From Savitreella phatthalungensis (taxonomy: Eukaryota): DNA of 64,000 bases. The stretch is from the NCBI GenBank assembly GCA_051599415.1, contig AP039694.1, forward strand, positions 124,001 through 188,000, in the 5' to 3' direction. Within the stretch, counting starts at the first letter, position 1. Every line of letters begins with the position of its first letter. The notes under the pieces were generated by a model, which was not told the origin of the DNA, did not search any database, and saw only the letters and a program-made list of their open reading frames with translations. Positions 32,975-44,260 of the stretch are shown piece by piece. Both the position numbers and the translations under genes were made by a program.

Positions 32975-33246
32975 GCTTAGATACCGACGTGCGGCACAGC
33001 CGTTGCAGACAGCTTTCACCAAGGCTGTGGAGCAAAAGCGGGAGAGTGAAGCTTTCGCCAGCTTATCAGACCGTCCTCCTGCCTTTCGTATGCTCCATGC
33101 AGCTCTCGAACTGATACTCGGCCGTTGACGCTTTCTCTACAACGTATCATGTGCATCTCACGCCTATTTAAATGTGCAAGGCACGCGAGACGTCATAAAA
33201 GAGGTCAATCTCCATCGCTTTCGAAGTGCATCGCAGCGTTGGCGTG

Positions 33247-34077
33247 ATGGCGCGCAAGGCGCGTGACATACGACCAACATCAAATGCTGATCTTCGCCTC
33301 AGTCGTAGAAGCAGGGATACTGACAGGGATGGCGCGTCCTCCGACGTCGAGATGGATGACTCTCGGCAAGAATCAGACGCGGACCCTGCCTCGCTGGCGG
33401 CATTGGCGAGGTTCATGCCATCGTTCGACGTTATCGACACATCCGTCAAAGCTGACTCGGCAAAGAATGCAAGCAGCGAAGCGGAAGAAGATGGAAACGC
33501 ATTTGACTTCAAACTGTTTTCAAGTGCTCAGCCGCGCTCCATCACGACGGCCGACCTATTAGATCCGCCTGAACAAGTGCTCACCCTCCAGTCCTACGAG
33601 GCCGCTGCTAGACCGGTGAGCTACTATCTTCAGCCGCCGCTGTCAGAAAATCCAACTCGCGCTGCACAGATCGCGCTCAGCGCCGTTTCTGGTGAAGCCG
33701 TGATGGACAATAGCAGGTTGCCGTACTTTGGTTGCCGTTCAGGTCGACGTGTTCTGCACTGGAGGGTGGACGGGAACGATGGTCTAGGAACGGTTTTGCG
33801 ACGAGATCCAAGGACAGGCAAAGACGTCGTGTACACAGCTGACGGCAACATCAAGAGAAGCTCTCGCTGGCGACCGTCAAAGGCGAGGCGGATCAAGTAC
33901 AAGAGAGACCAGGCCAAGCGAGACCTCTTGCAGAAGCAAAGAGAAGCGAGTCGCGCGGGTATGCTCCGCGCTCGAGCGGCTTCCGGCGGTAGAGACTCTC
34001 GAAATGGGCGAGGTCAAGGGCATGGACGCGGCCGGGAAGCATCACGGACGCGTGGCGGTCGTGGACGGCCTGGATGA
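33247..34077 (+). CDS. Fungal DUF2011-like protein with a basic RGG-like C-terminus
   Basis: Acidic stretch plus FDFKLFS, RPVSYYL, IALSAVSGEAV; Lys/Arg-rich tail. Family recalled from motifs, not searched. Confidence 0.55.
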   Translation: MARKARDIRPTSNADLRLSRRSRDTDRDGASSDVEMDDSRQESDADPASLAALARFMPSFDVIDTSVKADSAKNASSEAEEDGNAFDFKLFSSAQPRSITTADLLDPPEQVLTLQSYEAAARPVSYYLQPPLSENPTRAAQIALSAVSGEAVMDNSRLPYFGCRSGRRVLHWRVDGNDGLGTVLRRDPRTGKDVVYTADGNIKRSSRWRPSKARRIKYKRDQAKRDLLQKQREASRAGMLRARAASGGRDSRNGRGQGHGRGREASRTRGGRGRPG

Positions 34078-34138
34078 GGAATAAGGTAATGTTGCTCATG
34101 ATTAGGTCATAATGCTTTGAGGTCATGAAGCGCTACAG

Positions 34139-37100
34139 CTACGCGGTTCCAGCGACCTTTCGATATGCTGCAGGCCGAAGTCTGCGTTGGAGAACTCTAG
34201 CAACGTACACCGGTGCAAGTGCGACAGCAGCCACCAAAGACGTCCGCCAGAAGAAAGCGATCGTCGGCACGTATGACAGATCGAACTCTACTGAGAGGAA
34301 CGGGATTGATGCGACGTAGATACCCGCAGACGCCACCACCGATGCCAGCATTCCCCAGTGAAGGGTGTTCATTTCCAATGCTAGCGTAGCAAGCTCTGTG
34401 GCCACGAGCGCTGTGAAGCTGATGGCGACCATGCGTTCGGCACGGTCCCTTGTGACGAGTAATGTCGTCAGCATGATTGCCGCCCCCTGGTACATCGCAA
34501 TAGCAGCCCAGACGATGAATTTGGCTGACGACAGTGCAGCACGGCCTGAAGTCAGCTCATGATAGAGCTCAGGATATCTGAGCGCAAGCGATTCATCCAA
34601 ATCGGTGTCTAGCACAAGTGCAAAGACAGGTGCCATGGTGTAGATGGTGGCGTAACCGGCCATCAGATAACCGCCGTAGAGCGTCGTCGGGGTAAATCGC
34701 GAGATGGCGGAATAGACTGTCTGGCACACAGCGATGACGAGACCCCTGTGAATGACGAGCAAAGCGAGCTTAGCGGAACGCTTGTAGGAATTACGCCCGT
34801 GCCATACCAGCAACTTCGGCAGTGCGCTGAAGCCAAGGACTGAGAAATCGGCTGCTAATGATGCCTGACGACCTTCCTTGCCGACGATACCAATGCCGAC
34901 GTCTGCAGCCTGAATCATGCTCACGTCGTTTCCGCCGTCACCAATGCAGCAAACTCGCTTTCCTGTGGCAGCCCGGACCAGGATCGCCAACTCGGCCTTC
35001 TGCGTTGGAGAACATCTGCAGCAGATAACGGCAGGTAGTTGTAGTACGACGTCGATGAAGGGGTCGCGAAAATTGTCCAGGAGGTACTGGAGGGATGTGC
35101 CATCTACCAGTAGTGCAGCATCACGCTTGCCACGCAGCCATTCGAGCTCAGTAGTCGCCTCAGCAGCATTGTCAAGCTTTGTGATGGTGCGGATGAACTG
35201 ACCTCGGGAAACAAGCTTGGCACTCACAGCGATACATCGAGCGGTTTCGACCTTGTCGCCTGTCAGCATCCAAATACGAATACCAGCATTGCGCAGAAAT
35301 TCCAAAGACCTCTTGACATCTTCTTGCAACTTATCCTCGACACCAGTGAGACCGAGCAGCTCGAGATTATGTTCCAGGTGACTCGCAACGACCTGTTGAA
35401 CGGCAGACTCGCGGTCATGCAGGGCGAGAGAAGCTGTCCCGAAGCCATCAAGGAAAGCAGAGTAGGCACCCTCGCTAAGCACTTTTCGACCGATGACGAG
35501 CGTCCGCAGACCTTCTCTGGCCATGTTGCCGACCTCTTCGTCAAGCCAATCATTTGCAGCGACGATGCTCGCCATGACTGAGTCAGCACCCTTCTCGTAG
35601 AAGATGATTTGGCCGGAGGAACTCTCCCGGACGACGATCCCCATTCGTTTCGTATCTGAAGTGAAGGGGAACACATGAAGGATCTCGTAATCCTGGAAAT
35701 CATTAGCGCCTCTGCGCAGTTTTAGGCTGGTCCGGTCACGACCAATGAGAGTGAGCCCGATTGTGGAGGTCCACTTGACGATGGCAAGCTCGTCCGGTGA
35801 GGCCGCTTGATAATCGAGGGTGTCGGTGGAATCCAATGAGTGACTTGGGGTGACGTTGTGGCAAACCGCCAGGGCTGTGACCAATTCACGAACCCTTCCA
35901 CCAATCTCACGACGCGATGCCCTTGCAGCTGCTTGAGGTGTGCCTGTTGTCGCGATCGTGGATGACTTGGGCTCTCCGAGCACGAATGCCTTCACGTCGT
36001 CCATCGCTTCCCCTGCAAAACTGACGGTGCCGACGTGCAGCTTCTTCATCTCCATGTCGTTGCGTGTAAGCGTGCCTGTTTTGTCGGTGAGCAGATATTC
36101 GATCCTGCCGAGATCCTCAGGGATCGTTGACGTGCGCACCACAGTCTCGGATATAGAGGCGTCGTTCTCAATCTGTCGTGCATACACGCCCTTGGCAAGA
36201 TCAAGGTTGACGCGCAGGGAGATAGGCACGATGGTGGAGAAGAGGATCAGAAAGCGCGTGATGTCAACGTACCAAGAGGATCCGAAGCCATGAAGGGCGA
36301 CGAGCACAAGCGCGAGGAAGAGTGTGAAGATACACAACATCTTGCTCAGCCTATTGATTTCAAGCTCGAGTAAGCCGACTTTGAGACGAGCCTTCGAGGT
36401 GTTCATGGCTTGCCGCGTTTCACTGCCTGTGTAGACCACGACTGCTAGCACACTAGCGCTCGAAGCCAGCACAGTATTGGCCCAGAGCGCATTGTCTACA
36501 GTCAATGTCACACCTGCAATCTGTGATCTTAGAGTTAAGCTGCCTGAAAACTCGTGGATCGACTTGATTGGTGCACCTGCTTTGAGCTCTCCGTCAAGAT
36601 CGAGAATCGCCTGCTCGTCTGGCAATTGCTGCGTAGCAGGGCATGCAACTTTGAGTTTCCAGTCAGTCTCACCGTCGAGTTGGTCAGTTCGAATGAAGGC
36701 CTCGCCTGCAGAGTCGTCTGTCTTGAGGAGGATTGCGTCGGCTGGGATGCGCCTGTCCTTGTGTAGGCGGAGGATGTCGCCGACTTTGATATCGCGTGCT
36801 GCGGTAAGCCCAGATTGACTGACGACGTCAAACATCTCGGCATTCGCTTCGTTATCACGCCGTCGTCGCACAAGCTCATCGAGAGCCTCTTGCGCCATCG
36901 TCACCGCCAGAACGAAAGCCAGAGGGACAACATACGTCGCAAGAAGACCAATGCGAAGCGCCGGGACCAGCTGCGATAGTGCAACAAGCAGGAAGTAGAG
37001 GTTGAAGAAATACTTGAACTGCTCAAACAATGTCAATGGCAGGAACGTGACAAAGTTGTACTTGGCATTTGAAAGCGCATTGCTGGGATAGCTCCTTTGT

Positions 37101-37342
37101 TGAGCGCCATTCAATGTTAACGTCCGAGTGACGCCGCTTTCGGCTTTCAGAGAATGAGTAACGTCATTCAGTAGTGGCGCGCCGGAACTTGTATCGTCGC
37201 CGATTCCTTCACCGTCGCTTGGCAAATCGTCCAGTTCATCTCGCTCTGCAAGGTCGGATTCGCGAGAAGCCCTGTTCGATAGACGATGGAGCGCGATATC
37301 CCGCCGCCGTTTTGACGCAGAGATCGTACTGCGTCGTGGCAT
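34139..37342 (-). CDS. NEO1: P4-ATPase phospholipid flippase, Neo1/ATP9 class
   Basis: NALSNAKYN, FIRTDQLDGETDWKLK, DKTGTLT, YQAASPDE, WMLTGDKVETA, IGDGGNDVSMI, GKEGRQASLAADFS. First ATG at 37342. Confidence 0.95.
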   Translation of the reverse strand: MPRRSTISASKRRRDIALHRLSNRASRESDLAERDELDDLPSDGEGIGDDTSSGAPLLNDVTHSLKAESGVTRTLTLNGAQQRSYPSNALSNAKYNFVTFLPLTLFEQFKYFFNLYFLLVALSQLVPALRIGLLATYVVPLAFVLAVTMAQEALDELVRRRRDNEANAEMFDVVSQSGLTAARDIKVGDILRLHKDRRIPADAILLKTDDSAGEAFIRTDQLDGETDWKLKVACPATQQLPDEQAILDLDGELKAGAPIKSIHEFSGSLTLRSQIAGVTLTVDNALWANTVLASSASVLAVVVYTGSETRQAMNTSKARLKVGLLELEINRLSKMLCIFTLFLALVLVALHGFGSSWYVDITRFLILFSTIVPISLRVNLDLAKGVYARQIENDASISETVVRTSTIPEDLGRIEYLLTDKTGTLTRNDMEMKKLHVGTVSFAGEAMDDVKAFVLGEPKSSTIATTGTPQAAARASRREIGGRVRELVTALAVCHNVTPSHSLDSTDTLDYQAASPDELAIVKWTSTIGLTLIGRDRTSLKLRRGANDFQDYEILHVFPFTSDTKRMGIVVRESSSGQIIFYEKGADSVMASIVAANDWLDEEVGNMAREGLRTLVIGRKVLSEGAYSAFLDGFGTASLALHDRESAVQQVVASHLEHNLELLGLTGVEDKLQEDVKRSLEFLRNAGIRIWMLTGDKVETARCIAVSAKLVSRGQFIRTITKLDNAAEATTELEWLRGKRDAALLVDGTSLQYLLDNFRDPFIDVVLQLPAVICCRCSPTQKAELAILVRAATGKRVCCIGDGGNDVSMIQAADVGIGIVGKEGRQASLAADFSVLGFSALPKLLVWHGRNSYKRSAKLALLVIHRGLVIAVCQTVYSAISRFTPTTLYGGYLMAGYATIYTMAPVFALVLDTDLDESLALRYPELYHELTSGRAALSSAKFIVWAAIAMYQGAAIMLTTLLVTRDRAERMVAISFTALVATELATLALEMNTLHWGMLASVVASAGIYVASIPFLSVEFDLSYVPTIAFFWRTSLVAAVALAPVYVARVLQRRLRPAAYRKVAGTA

Positions 37343-37646
37343 GTAGACTAGCTCTACAACTGTCAATAAGCCATAATCTGAATGTGGAAGTCTGTGACGA
37401 AGTGTGACGTTGCAGGTTGCCAAAAATAGATTTGACAAGCGCCGAATAATTTTAGTCGAATGCGGCAGACGTGATGGCGCATTCGCCGACGTATTAGATC
37501 TCTTAAGAGGTGGTGAGGACTATTGCTAATGGTCGGGTGACATCGTACCCGCGGATATATTCATATACATACTTGGCTCCACCATCTGCTCCGTGTGCAA
37601 TGTGATGTCCGGAGGTGGGACTCCAGGGAGAACGCGATGTCTAGGG

Positions 37647-38573
37647 CTAAACCTTCCACACAAACACATTTTCATCCCAGCCGACAGTGGCAATGAAGCC
37701 TGGGGTGACGCCAAATACAGACCAGTCGAGTCCAGCGACGAATTCTGTATGTGCATCGAAGACTTTGACACACGTATCTCCACGCCATACGCGGGTCGTC
37801 ATGTCGTAAGATGCGGAGGAGACCATCTCTGGGTCGAAGGGTGATGAGGCTAGCTTTTTGATTGCATATTTGTGTCCTCTCAGGACGCGCAAAGGTCGCT
37901 GAAGCATACGTGTATCCCACTTATTGACCAGGAGATCGACACCGGCTGTGTAAATCTCGTGAGGGGCGTATTTGTTGAATGCGAGTGCAAGCGTTTCTGT
38001 GGAAGAGACTGGGTGAGAAAGGACCGGCGTTTGGCCCTGTGTTGGATCCCACAGACAGAGCTGACCATCTGCTGCGACTGATGCGATGACATTTGGCTGC
38101 CTGGGAGAGTAGGCAGCTTGATACACGCAGCCCCTGTGACCGATCAGTGTGGCAACGGATCCTTGCTGTTGCGGATGCCAGATTTTGATGCTTCCGTCCC
38201 ATGAGCTTGAGCAGAATGTGTCCTTGGCGACGAGGTTCCAAGAGACGGAAAAGACTTCTTTCGTGTGCTCTCGCCACTTTCGTATTGGGAAGTTCGAAGG
38301 GACACTTGTATCAAAGAGCTGGACGGTGCCGTCGCCTGAAGCAACAGCAAGCTGATTTTCGTGATTTTCTGACCAAGCGACATCGAACAAACCGTCCTGT
38401 GTATCGAATTGCTTCAACACCTGCATGCCACCGGGAGCGAGTGTGAGGACATGTAACCTGCCATTTCCCACGAGACCGTAGTTCGCAGATGAGGAGACTG
38501 CGATCTGGTTGTCATAGTACGGCGAGAATGCTATTGAAGAGCCATTGAAGCCTGTCGTCCGATATCGGAACAT
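37647..38573 (-). CDS. PEX7: Peroxisomal PTS2 receptor Pex7 (WD40)
   Basis: FSPYYDNQIAV, ANYGLVGNGRL, FDTQDGLFDVAWSE, SSSWDGSIKIW, SASYDMT, HTEFV. Confidence 0.95.
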   Translation of the reverse strand: MFRYRTTGFNGSSIAFSPYYDNQIAVSSSANYGLVGNGRLHVLTLAPGGMQVLKQFDTQDGLFDVAWSENHENQLAVASGDGTVQLFDTSVPSNFPIRKWREHTKEVFSVSWNLVAKDTFCSSSWDGSIKIWHPQQQGSVATLIGHRGCVYQAAYSPRQPNVIASVAADGQLCLWDPTQGQTPVLSHPVSSTETLALAFNKYAPHEIYTAGVDLLVNKWDTRMLQRPLRVLRGHKYAIKKLASSPFDPEMVSSASYDMTTRVWRGDTCVKVFDAHTEFVAGLDWSVFGVTPGFIATVGWDENVFVWKV

Positions 38574-39861
38574 GCTGGTCAGGTTACCGCGGGTTCATGG
38601 ACTTGTGATCGTGGCTTGTGAGATTAAACGTATAACTGAAGATGAGTCACGAGTTCGTGAGACTATCGAACTTTGACCAGAGCTTGTCGACTTTCGCGAT
38701 TCGAAGGATGGCACAAGAGGTCAGTCCCTTAAACTTCCATAGAGACTGACCGCAACCCCGAAGTGAGGCTCGATGTGTGGAGACGCTAAGGGCTCTGTGG
38801 ATGGCAGTAGAATCGACACGTGTATGGTGGAGCAATACAGATATGCACTCGGGATCCGATTGATTCATCAAGTGTCAAGAGTATTCATATGATGCATATG
38901 CAGTGCAAATTCAGCCTCCGCACTGTAGTCTTTATTGCTTGCGTGTAAAGTGGATATTCCCCGCTCAACCGAGTTTACTCTATCGCTAAGGTATAGGCAT
39001 CATGTTGCATAGACAGTCATCGCCAATGGCATGAACAAATACCGCCCTTCGTCATTCAAGCAGTCATGACCATTCAGGCTGTCATGATCTTCATGACTGT
39101 GGTGCTGCACGATCGCCTATAGAGAGGGAAGAGCATTGGGAGCATTCACGGGAACCAGGAATTCCAACCCAATTCGAGAATTCAGAAGCAGAAGAGGATC
39201 CGTGCACTGCCATTCACGAATTCTTAAAACGCCTGAACTCTAATAGAACGTACCCCAAAATCGAATGTATAAGATCGCCCTTCTACAGTGATACAAGCAG
39301 GAGGTAGCTGGGTAGGTTATTTTGTGGCAGGACTCTGTTCGACCGGACATCTGGGAAAGTAGACATCACGAGGGTGTAACCTAAGTACCATTTATCGCTA
39401 GCAAATTCAAATCAGTGGATCTTGTCCCATATCCAGATCCAGTGAAAAAGAGAGATTGATTCAAGCCAACTCGAGACTTCGATCGAATACTTCCCAGCTC
39501 AGATCAGCACTCGAAACTCAAAAAGTCAAGCTTGAATTCGATTGATCTGGAATTACCTTCCTTCACAAGATTCGATTGATGTAAATTAGATGGATGAATT
39601 GACGATCGAGCAATTGGTGATTGAATGATAGACTGCATGATTTAAGAGTACAATTTAAATTACTGACGGAATAATCCTCCAGGCATATAAATTTATATGA
39701 TTGACGTATTCTGATGTGTGTAGGGTGTGTGGATTTTGTGAGCTTGAAGAGTGTTTGAGTGGATGAATGTGATGTATAGATGAATGAATGAATAAATGGA
39801 TGTATTGAATGAACAAATGAATGGTTGGATGATTGAGCAGATCACACTGATACATCAGATG

Positions 39862-40578
39862 CAGGTGTCGCAGCACTAGCAGCACTACCACCACCACCAC
39901 CACTTTCACTCACCTCCACCAACAGCACCACCAGCACCACCAGCACCAGCAATTCAGCATCCAGCCCAGCAGCGGCAACAGCAACAGCAACAGCAACCGC
40001 GACTCACTCCCACAGCAGCTTCCAACACCTTCATCCACCAACATCAACCCAATCCATTCAACCACTCGACCGTCATCACACAGCACGCACGTTTGCTCGC
40101 TCGCTCGCACCCATACACACACACACACACACACTTACACACACACGTCCACTCAGATACACGCATACAGGCTCATACGAACACAAACTTGCACGCCCCC
40201 CGCACGTTCTGATCCAAACAAAGGTGTCTTTATATACCAGTCAATATATCGACAGTCGATCGGATTCACCTGAGACTTTCATCTGCGCGACCGCTTCGAC
40301 GACCACCAGCCTTAACGACCACCAGATTTCGCACCACGTCGTCGACAGGCATAGCAACGACACTGGGCGGTAACGGCTAGACTGGCAGCGGCAAGACCAT
40401 TCTGATCTGAAATTACATCTGGCTCCACACATCCTGCTCCGCGACCTTTACAGCTGATTGTAAGCTGTCTGTTGATAGTCCAGAGAATCGCGCCTTCATC
40501 AACGAACGTACCGTCGTCACCACTTCTGCGTCTGCTTTCCCGTCCCACTCGATCTCCTGTCAATCTGACCTGCCATCC
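39862..40578 (+). promoter_or_regulatory. Putative AUG-free, microsatellite-rich 5' leader of GSK3
   Basis: No + strand ATG from 39862 to 40578. Contains CAC/CAG triplet runs (~39874-40000) and (CA)n (~40115-40146). Confidence 0.55.
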
Positions 40579-41769
40579 ATGACGTCCGCCACTGGACCGA
40601 CCATGGGCATGGCACTCGACCCTTTCAAGACAATCAAAGAAACTGTCAGCGACGGACGTACGGGAGAACAGCGCGAAATGTCCTACACCTCCTGCAAGAT
40701 CGTCGGTAGCGGCTCATTCGGTATCGTCTTCCAGACAAAGCTGGTCGAGACAGGAGAAGATGCAGCCATCAAGCGCGTTCTTCAGGACAAACGATTCAAG
40801 AACAGAGAACTACAAATTATGCGCATCGTCAGACATCCCAATATCGTCGACCTCAAGGCGTTCTTCTACTCAAACGGCGACAAGCCTGATGAGGTATACC
40901 TCAACCTTGTGCTCGAATACATTCCAGAGAATCTGTACAGGGCGTCACGACACTATGCCCGCGCCCGGCAAAATATGCCCCTCCTCGAGATCAAACTCTA
41001 TATTTACCAGCTCTTCCGCTCCCTTGTCTACATACACTCTCAGGGCATATGCCATCGCGACATCAAGCCGCAGAACCTCCTCTTGAACCCAGCAACGGGC
41101 GTGCTCAAGCTGTGCGACTTCGGATCGGCAAAGATCCTTGTCCAGGGCGAGCCGAATGTCTCATACATCTGTTCACGCTACTACCGCGCACCAGAACTGA
41201 TCTTCGGTGCGACGAATTACACGACCAAGATTGACATCTGGTCAACAGGCTGTGTCATGGCAGAACTCATGCTCGGACAGCCGATTTTCCCGGGTGAGTC
41301 TGGTATCGACCAACTCGTTGAGATCATCAAAGTCCTCGGCACACCGACACGTGAGCAGATCAAGACGATGAATCCGAACTACATGGAGTACCGATTCCCT
41401 CAGATCAAGCCTCACCCGTTCAATAAAGTCTTCCGTCGGGGTACGCCACATGAAGCGCTCGATATCATCACTAAAGTGCTAGACTACACGCCGACAACGC
41501 GTCTATCCGCCTTTGATGCCATGTGCCACCCATTCTTTGACGAGTTGCGTGACCCGCACACCGTCCTGCCAGACAACCGCAACCCTGAAGCTCCTCCTCG
41601 ATTGCTGCCACGTCTGTTCGACTTTACCCATAACGAGTTGTCCATCGACCCATCGCAGAATCACAAGCTAGTACCTGAGCATGCAAGGCAGGAGCTCCTT
41701 TCTCGCGGGATCGACATTGACAATTTCAAGCCGTTGTCAAATGAGCAAATGTCAGCAAAGCTGGACTAA
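40579..41769 (+). CDS. GSK3: Glycogen synthase kinase-3
   Basis: [54 protein letters not shown]. Confidence 0.97.
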   Translation: MTSATGPTMGMALDPFKTIKETVSDGRTGEQREMSYTSCKIVGSGSFGIVFQTKLVETGEDAAIKRVLQDKRFKNRELQIMRIVRHPNIVDLKAFFYSNGDKPDEVYLNLVLEYIPENLYRASRHYARARQNMPLLEIKLYIYQLFRSLVYIHSQGICHRDIKPQNLLLNPATGVLKLCDFGSAKILVQGEPNVSYICSRYYRAPELIFGATNYTTKIDIWSTGCVMAELMLGQPIFPGESGIDQLVEIIKVLGTPTREQIKTMNPNYMEYRFPQIKPHPFNKVFRRGTPHEALDIITKVLDYTPTTRLSAFDAMCHPFFDELRDPHTVLPDNRNPEAPPRLLPRLFDFTHNELSIDPSQNHKLVPEHARQELLSRGIDIDNFKPLSNEQMSAKLD

Positions 41770-42184
41770 ATCGGTTAGTTCAGGTCTCTTTTTTCTGGTT
41801 CGGCAGACAGCACATAATCAAGTCCAATTACAACATCATCACATCGTCATCGCCGAATCCTTACTCACCACAACGCAATCTCGCTTTGCCTCAACTAACC
41901 AAATCTCCACATACCATAGGACGTAAGCAGAGCAAACTGTCAGAGCAGAAGCGTGCATAATAAGTATTCCACTCTGTCACGATGCATGATGTGTCGAGTG
42001 TTGTGGAGTTTCCGCCCGTGTGTCACGATTGTGCGATCGATGTCACAAATCAGGGAAGGCAAGTAACAAAACAACAAGACATTGATCAAAAGCGTTCTGA
42101 GGGACGATGAGGGACGATGATGATAAAGTCCATGGAATGCATGCTACGCGAGATGAAATGAACGAGGGTGGCGTAGTGATATGA

Positions 42185-43834
42185 TCACCCGGTGGTGAGG
42201 TTACCGAGTGATTCTGTAGCGGCGTGTACGGCATCACCGTTCTTGGTCGCCCATGCGGGAGCGCCAGAACCCGAAGCTGCACCAGCAGCTGCCTTCTTGG
42301 ACGACGACGCAGATGCAGACGAGGCGTCAGCGGACGATGGAGCTCCTTCCTGCTGCTGTTCGGCAAGCTTGGTCTTCTCGTACGCGGCTTCCGCAGCATC
42401 GATCTCCTTCTGAGCCTTTGCCGTCTTCCTGGCCGTCTCCTCGGCCTCGTGGTCCTTGAACCACTGCAGCCTCGTCTTGAGGTCGGTGGTGGCGCGAGGG
42501 ACGTCAGTGGCGTTCATCGGTGGGGATACGCCCACGAGACCAAGATCCTGGATGGTGCCGAGTGACAGGTTGAATTTGGAATCCGTAGCGGCGCTGCTAG
42601 ACTTCTGACCTTTGTTCTTCTTCGACTTGCCTCCTGCAAAGTAGGCCACCTCGTCCTGGCGATCCTTCTTTGATGCCAATGCGACACCTTCAGGTGCGGC
42701 CTCGACAGTACGCTTCTCGAGTGTCTTTCCACCTGTGAAGCTGCGTGCGAATGTGGACTGTTCGTCGGCGGAACCGCCTGAAGAGGCGTTGGGTCCGGCA
42801 GAGGGGTCAAAGTAACGGATCAGATTCTGGCAAGTGAGGATCTGGAGAGCATACGCGGGCTCCTTGGCAGCGTCGAGCTTCTCCTTCGCTGCGTCGAGCC
42901 GTTTCTGCTTCTCCTCCTGCTCGCGCTGCTGCTTGATCGAGTCAAAGCGCTTCTGACGCTGCTCGCGGGAGTACTCATACGCCTGCTTCTTTTGTGTGTA
43001 GTAGTTGTCCTTGAGCTGCTTGAGCTGTGTGTAGGCGTCGTTTCGCTTCTGCTGAAGATTGTCACGCTCAGCGTAGAGCTCCTTACGGCCCTTGAACACC
43101 ACATCCTGCTCACCGCGCAACTTGTCGAGCTCAGCCTTGATAGCGTCGTAGCGAGCAGAAAGCTTCTTATTGCCCTCTTCGTCGATCTGCTTGCGGAGCT
43201 CAGCCACCTTGGCACGGTCAGCCTCGATCGAGCCTTGGGCACCGTCTGCCTCGGCAAACAGCTTCCGCTGACGCTTGAGCTGAGAGACCTCCTGCAACGC
43301 CTTCTTCTCCTCCACTAGCTTGAGTGAGCCTGATGCGACGGCGTCTTCAAGACGCTTGACCTCGGCATCCAGCTCACCCACCGACTTGAAAGAGGATTTC
43401 TTCTTGCTGGCCTGAGACTCTGTGATTTTGCGCTTGATCGAGTCGTCGAGTTGCTTGACCTGCTCGAACACTTTCGCCTTGGAGCCCTTGATCGATGCCT
43501 GCTTCGATCGGATCTCCTCCAGCTCCTTCTTGAGCTCGGCGGTTCGGGAGTTGCCAGTGGCTCCGTCGGCACTGCCACCAATCTTTGCACGGACAGCCTC
43601 TAGCTTCGAAGTGATGGACTTGAGCTCAGCTTCGGCCTTGGCCAAGTTCTTGTTGAACTCTTGCTCGTCAGGCTTTGTAACGCGAGCTGTTGATGAACCA
43701 TTGCCATTGCTAGAGTTCGGGGCTGCTGCTGATGAGGAATCCTTGTTGTTGCTATTGCTCTTGCTCTGAGCAGCAGCAGCACCAGCAGCACCAGCAGGGG
43801 CGGCTTTTGTTGAGCCGTTTGTGGCAGCAGACAT
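42185..43834 (-). CDS. BFR1: Nuclear segregation / mRNP protein Bfr1 (coiled coil)
   Basis: KPDEQEF, FKSVGELDAEVKRLE...SGSLKLVEEKKALQEVSQL, AKEPAY...CQNLIRYF, YFAGGKSKK. First ATG at 43834. Confidence 0.8.
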   Translation of the reverse strand: MSAATNGSTKAAPAGAAGAAAAQSKSNSNNKDSSSAAAPNSSNGNGSSTARVTKPDEQEFNKNLAKAEAELKSITSKLEAVRAKIGGSADGATGNSRTAELKKELEEIRSKQASIKGSKAKVFEQVKQLDDSIKRKITESQASKKKSSFKSVGELDAEVKRLEDAVASGSLKLVEEKKALQEVSQLKRQRKLFAEADGAQGSIEADRAKVAELRKQIDEEGNKKLSARYDAIKAELDKLRGEQDVVFKGRKELYAERDNLQQKRNDAYTQLKQLKDNYYTQKKQAYEYSREQRQKRFDSIKQQREQEEKQKRLDAAKEKLDAAKEPAYALQILTCQNLIRYFDPSAGPNASSGGSADEQSTFARSFTGGKTLEKRTVEAAPEGVALASKKDRQDEVAYFAGGKSKKNKGQKSSSAATDSKFNLSLGTIQDLGLVGVSPPMNATDVPRATTDLKTRLQWFKDHEAEETARKTAKAQKEIDAAEAAYEKTKLAEQQQEGAPSSADASSASASSSKKAAAGAASGSGAPAWATKNGDAVHAATESLGNLTTG

Positions 43835-44203
43835 GGATGTGGATGCTGTGACGTTGCTGAACAGTTTGGTTAAGAGTGCTTTCGTACTTGAAAGAGGAAG
43901 GAGCTGGAGGATGTGGGAGGATGTGTAGTGACCCCCTTGGTTGCTCCGTTGGTTGGTCGGATGGATCGATGGATAGCTGGATGACTTGCTTGCTTGGTTG
44001 CTTGCTCGTTGGTTTGGTTGATTGGTGTTGGTTGGTAAGGGTCTCCCACGTACCGTACGTACACACGAACTCACCAGCTGGTTGGTTGGAGTGCAGTGCA
44101 GTGCAGTATGAATCTCGAGATCTCTCACTCACTCATTCATTCACTCATTCATTCACTCAGTAGCTGCACTCAACTCATTCGAAGAAAAACTCGTGCTCAA
44201 ACC

Positions 44204-44260
44204 GAAATTCAAATTTGAATTCAAATTCAAATTCAAAATAAAATAAAATACAAATTTGAT
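44204..44260. repeat. AT-rich TTCAAA/AAAAT tract between divergent BFR1 and TRS31
   Basis: gaaattcaaatttgaattcaaattcaaattcaaaataaaataaaatacaaatttgat. Confidence 0.7.

Noticed and set aside
38574..39860. Possible hidden gene, ncRNA or transposon remnant between PEX7 and GSK3 (also 56648-57700)
   Set aside because: No ORF with recognisable motifs, tRNA/snoRNA hallmarks, terminal repeats or target-site duplications could be identified by eye.
41752..41769. GSK3 ending in SAKLD as a cryptic PTS1
   Set aside because: The terminal Asp abolishes a PTS1, and similar endings are normal for fungal GSK3 as recalled.
43835..44128. 98-codon N-terminal extension of Bfr1 in the ORF track
   Set aside because: GTG start and microsatellite-derived low-complexity peptide; more likely 5' UTR.
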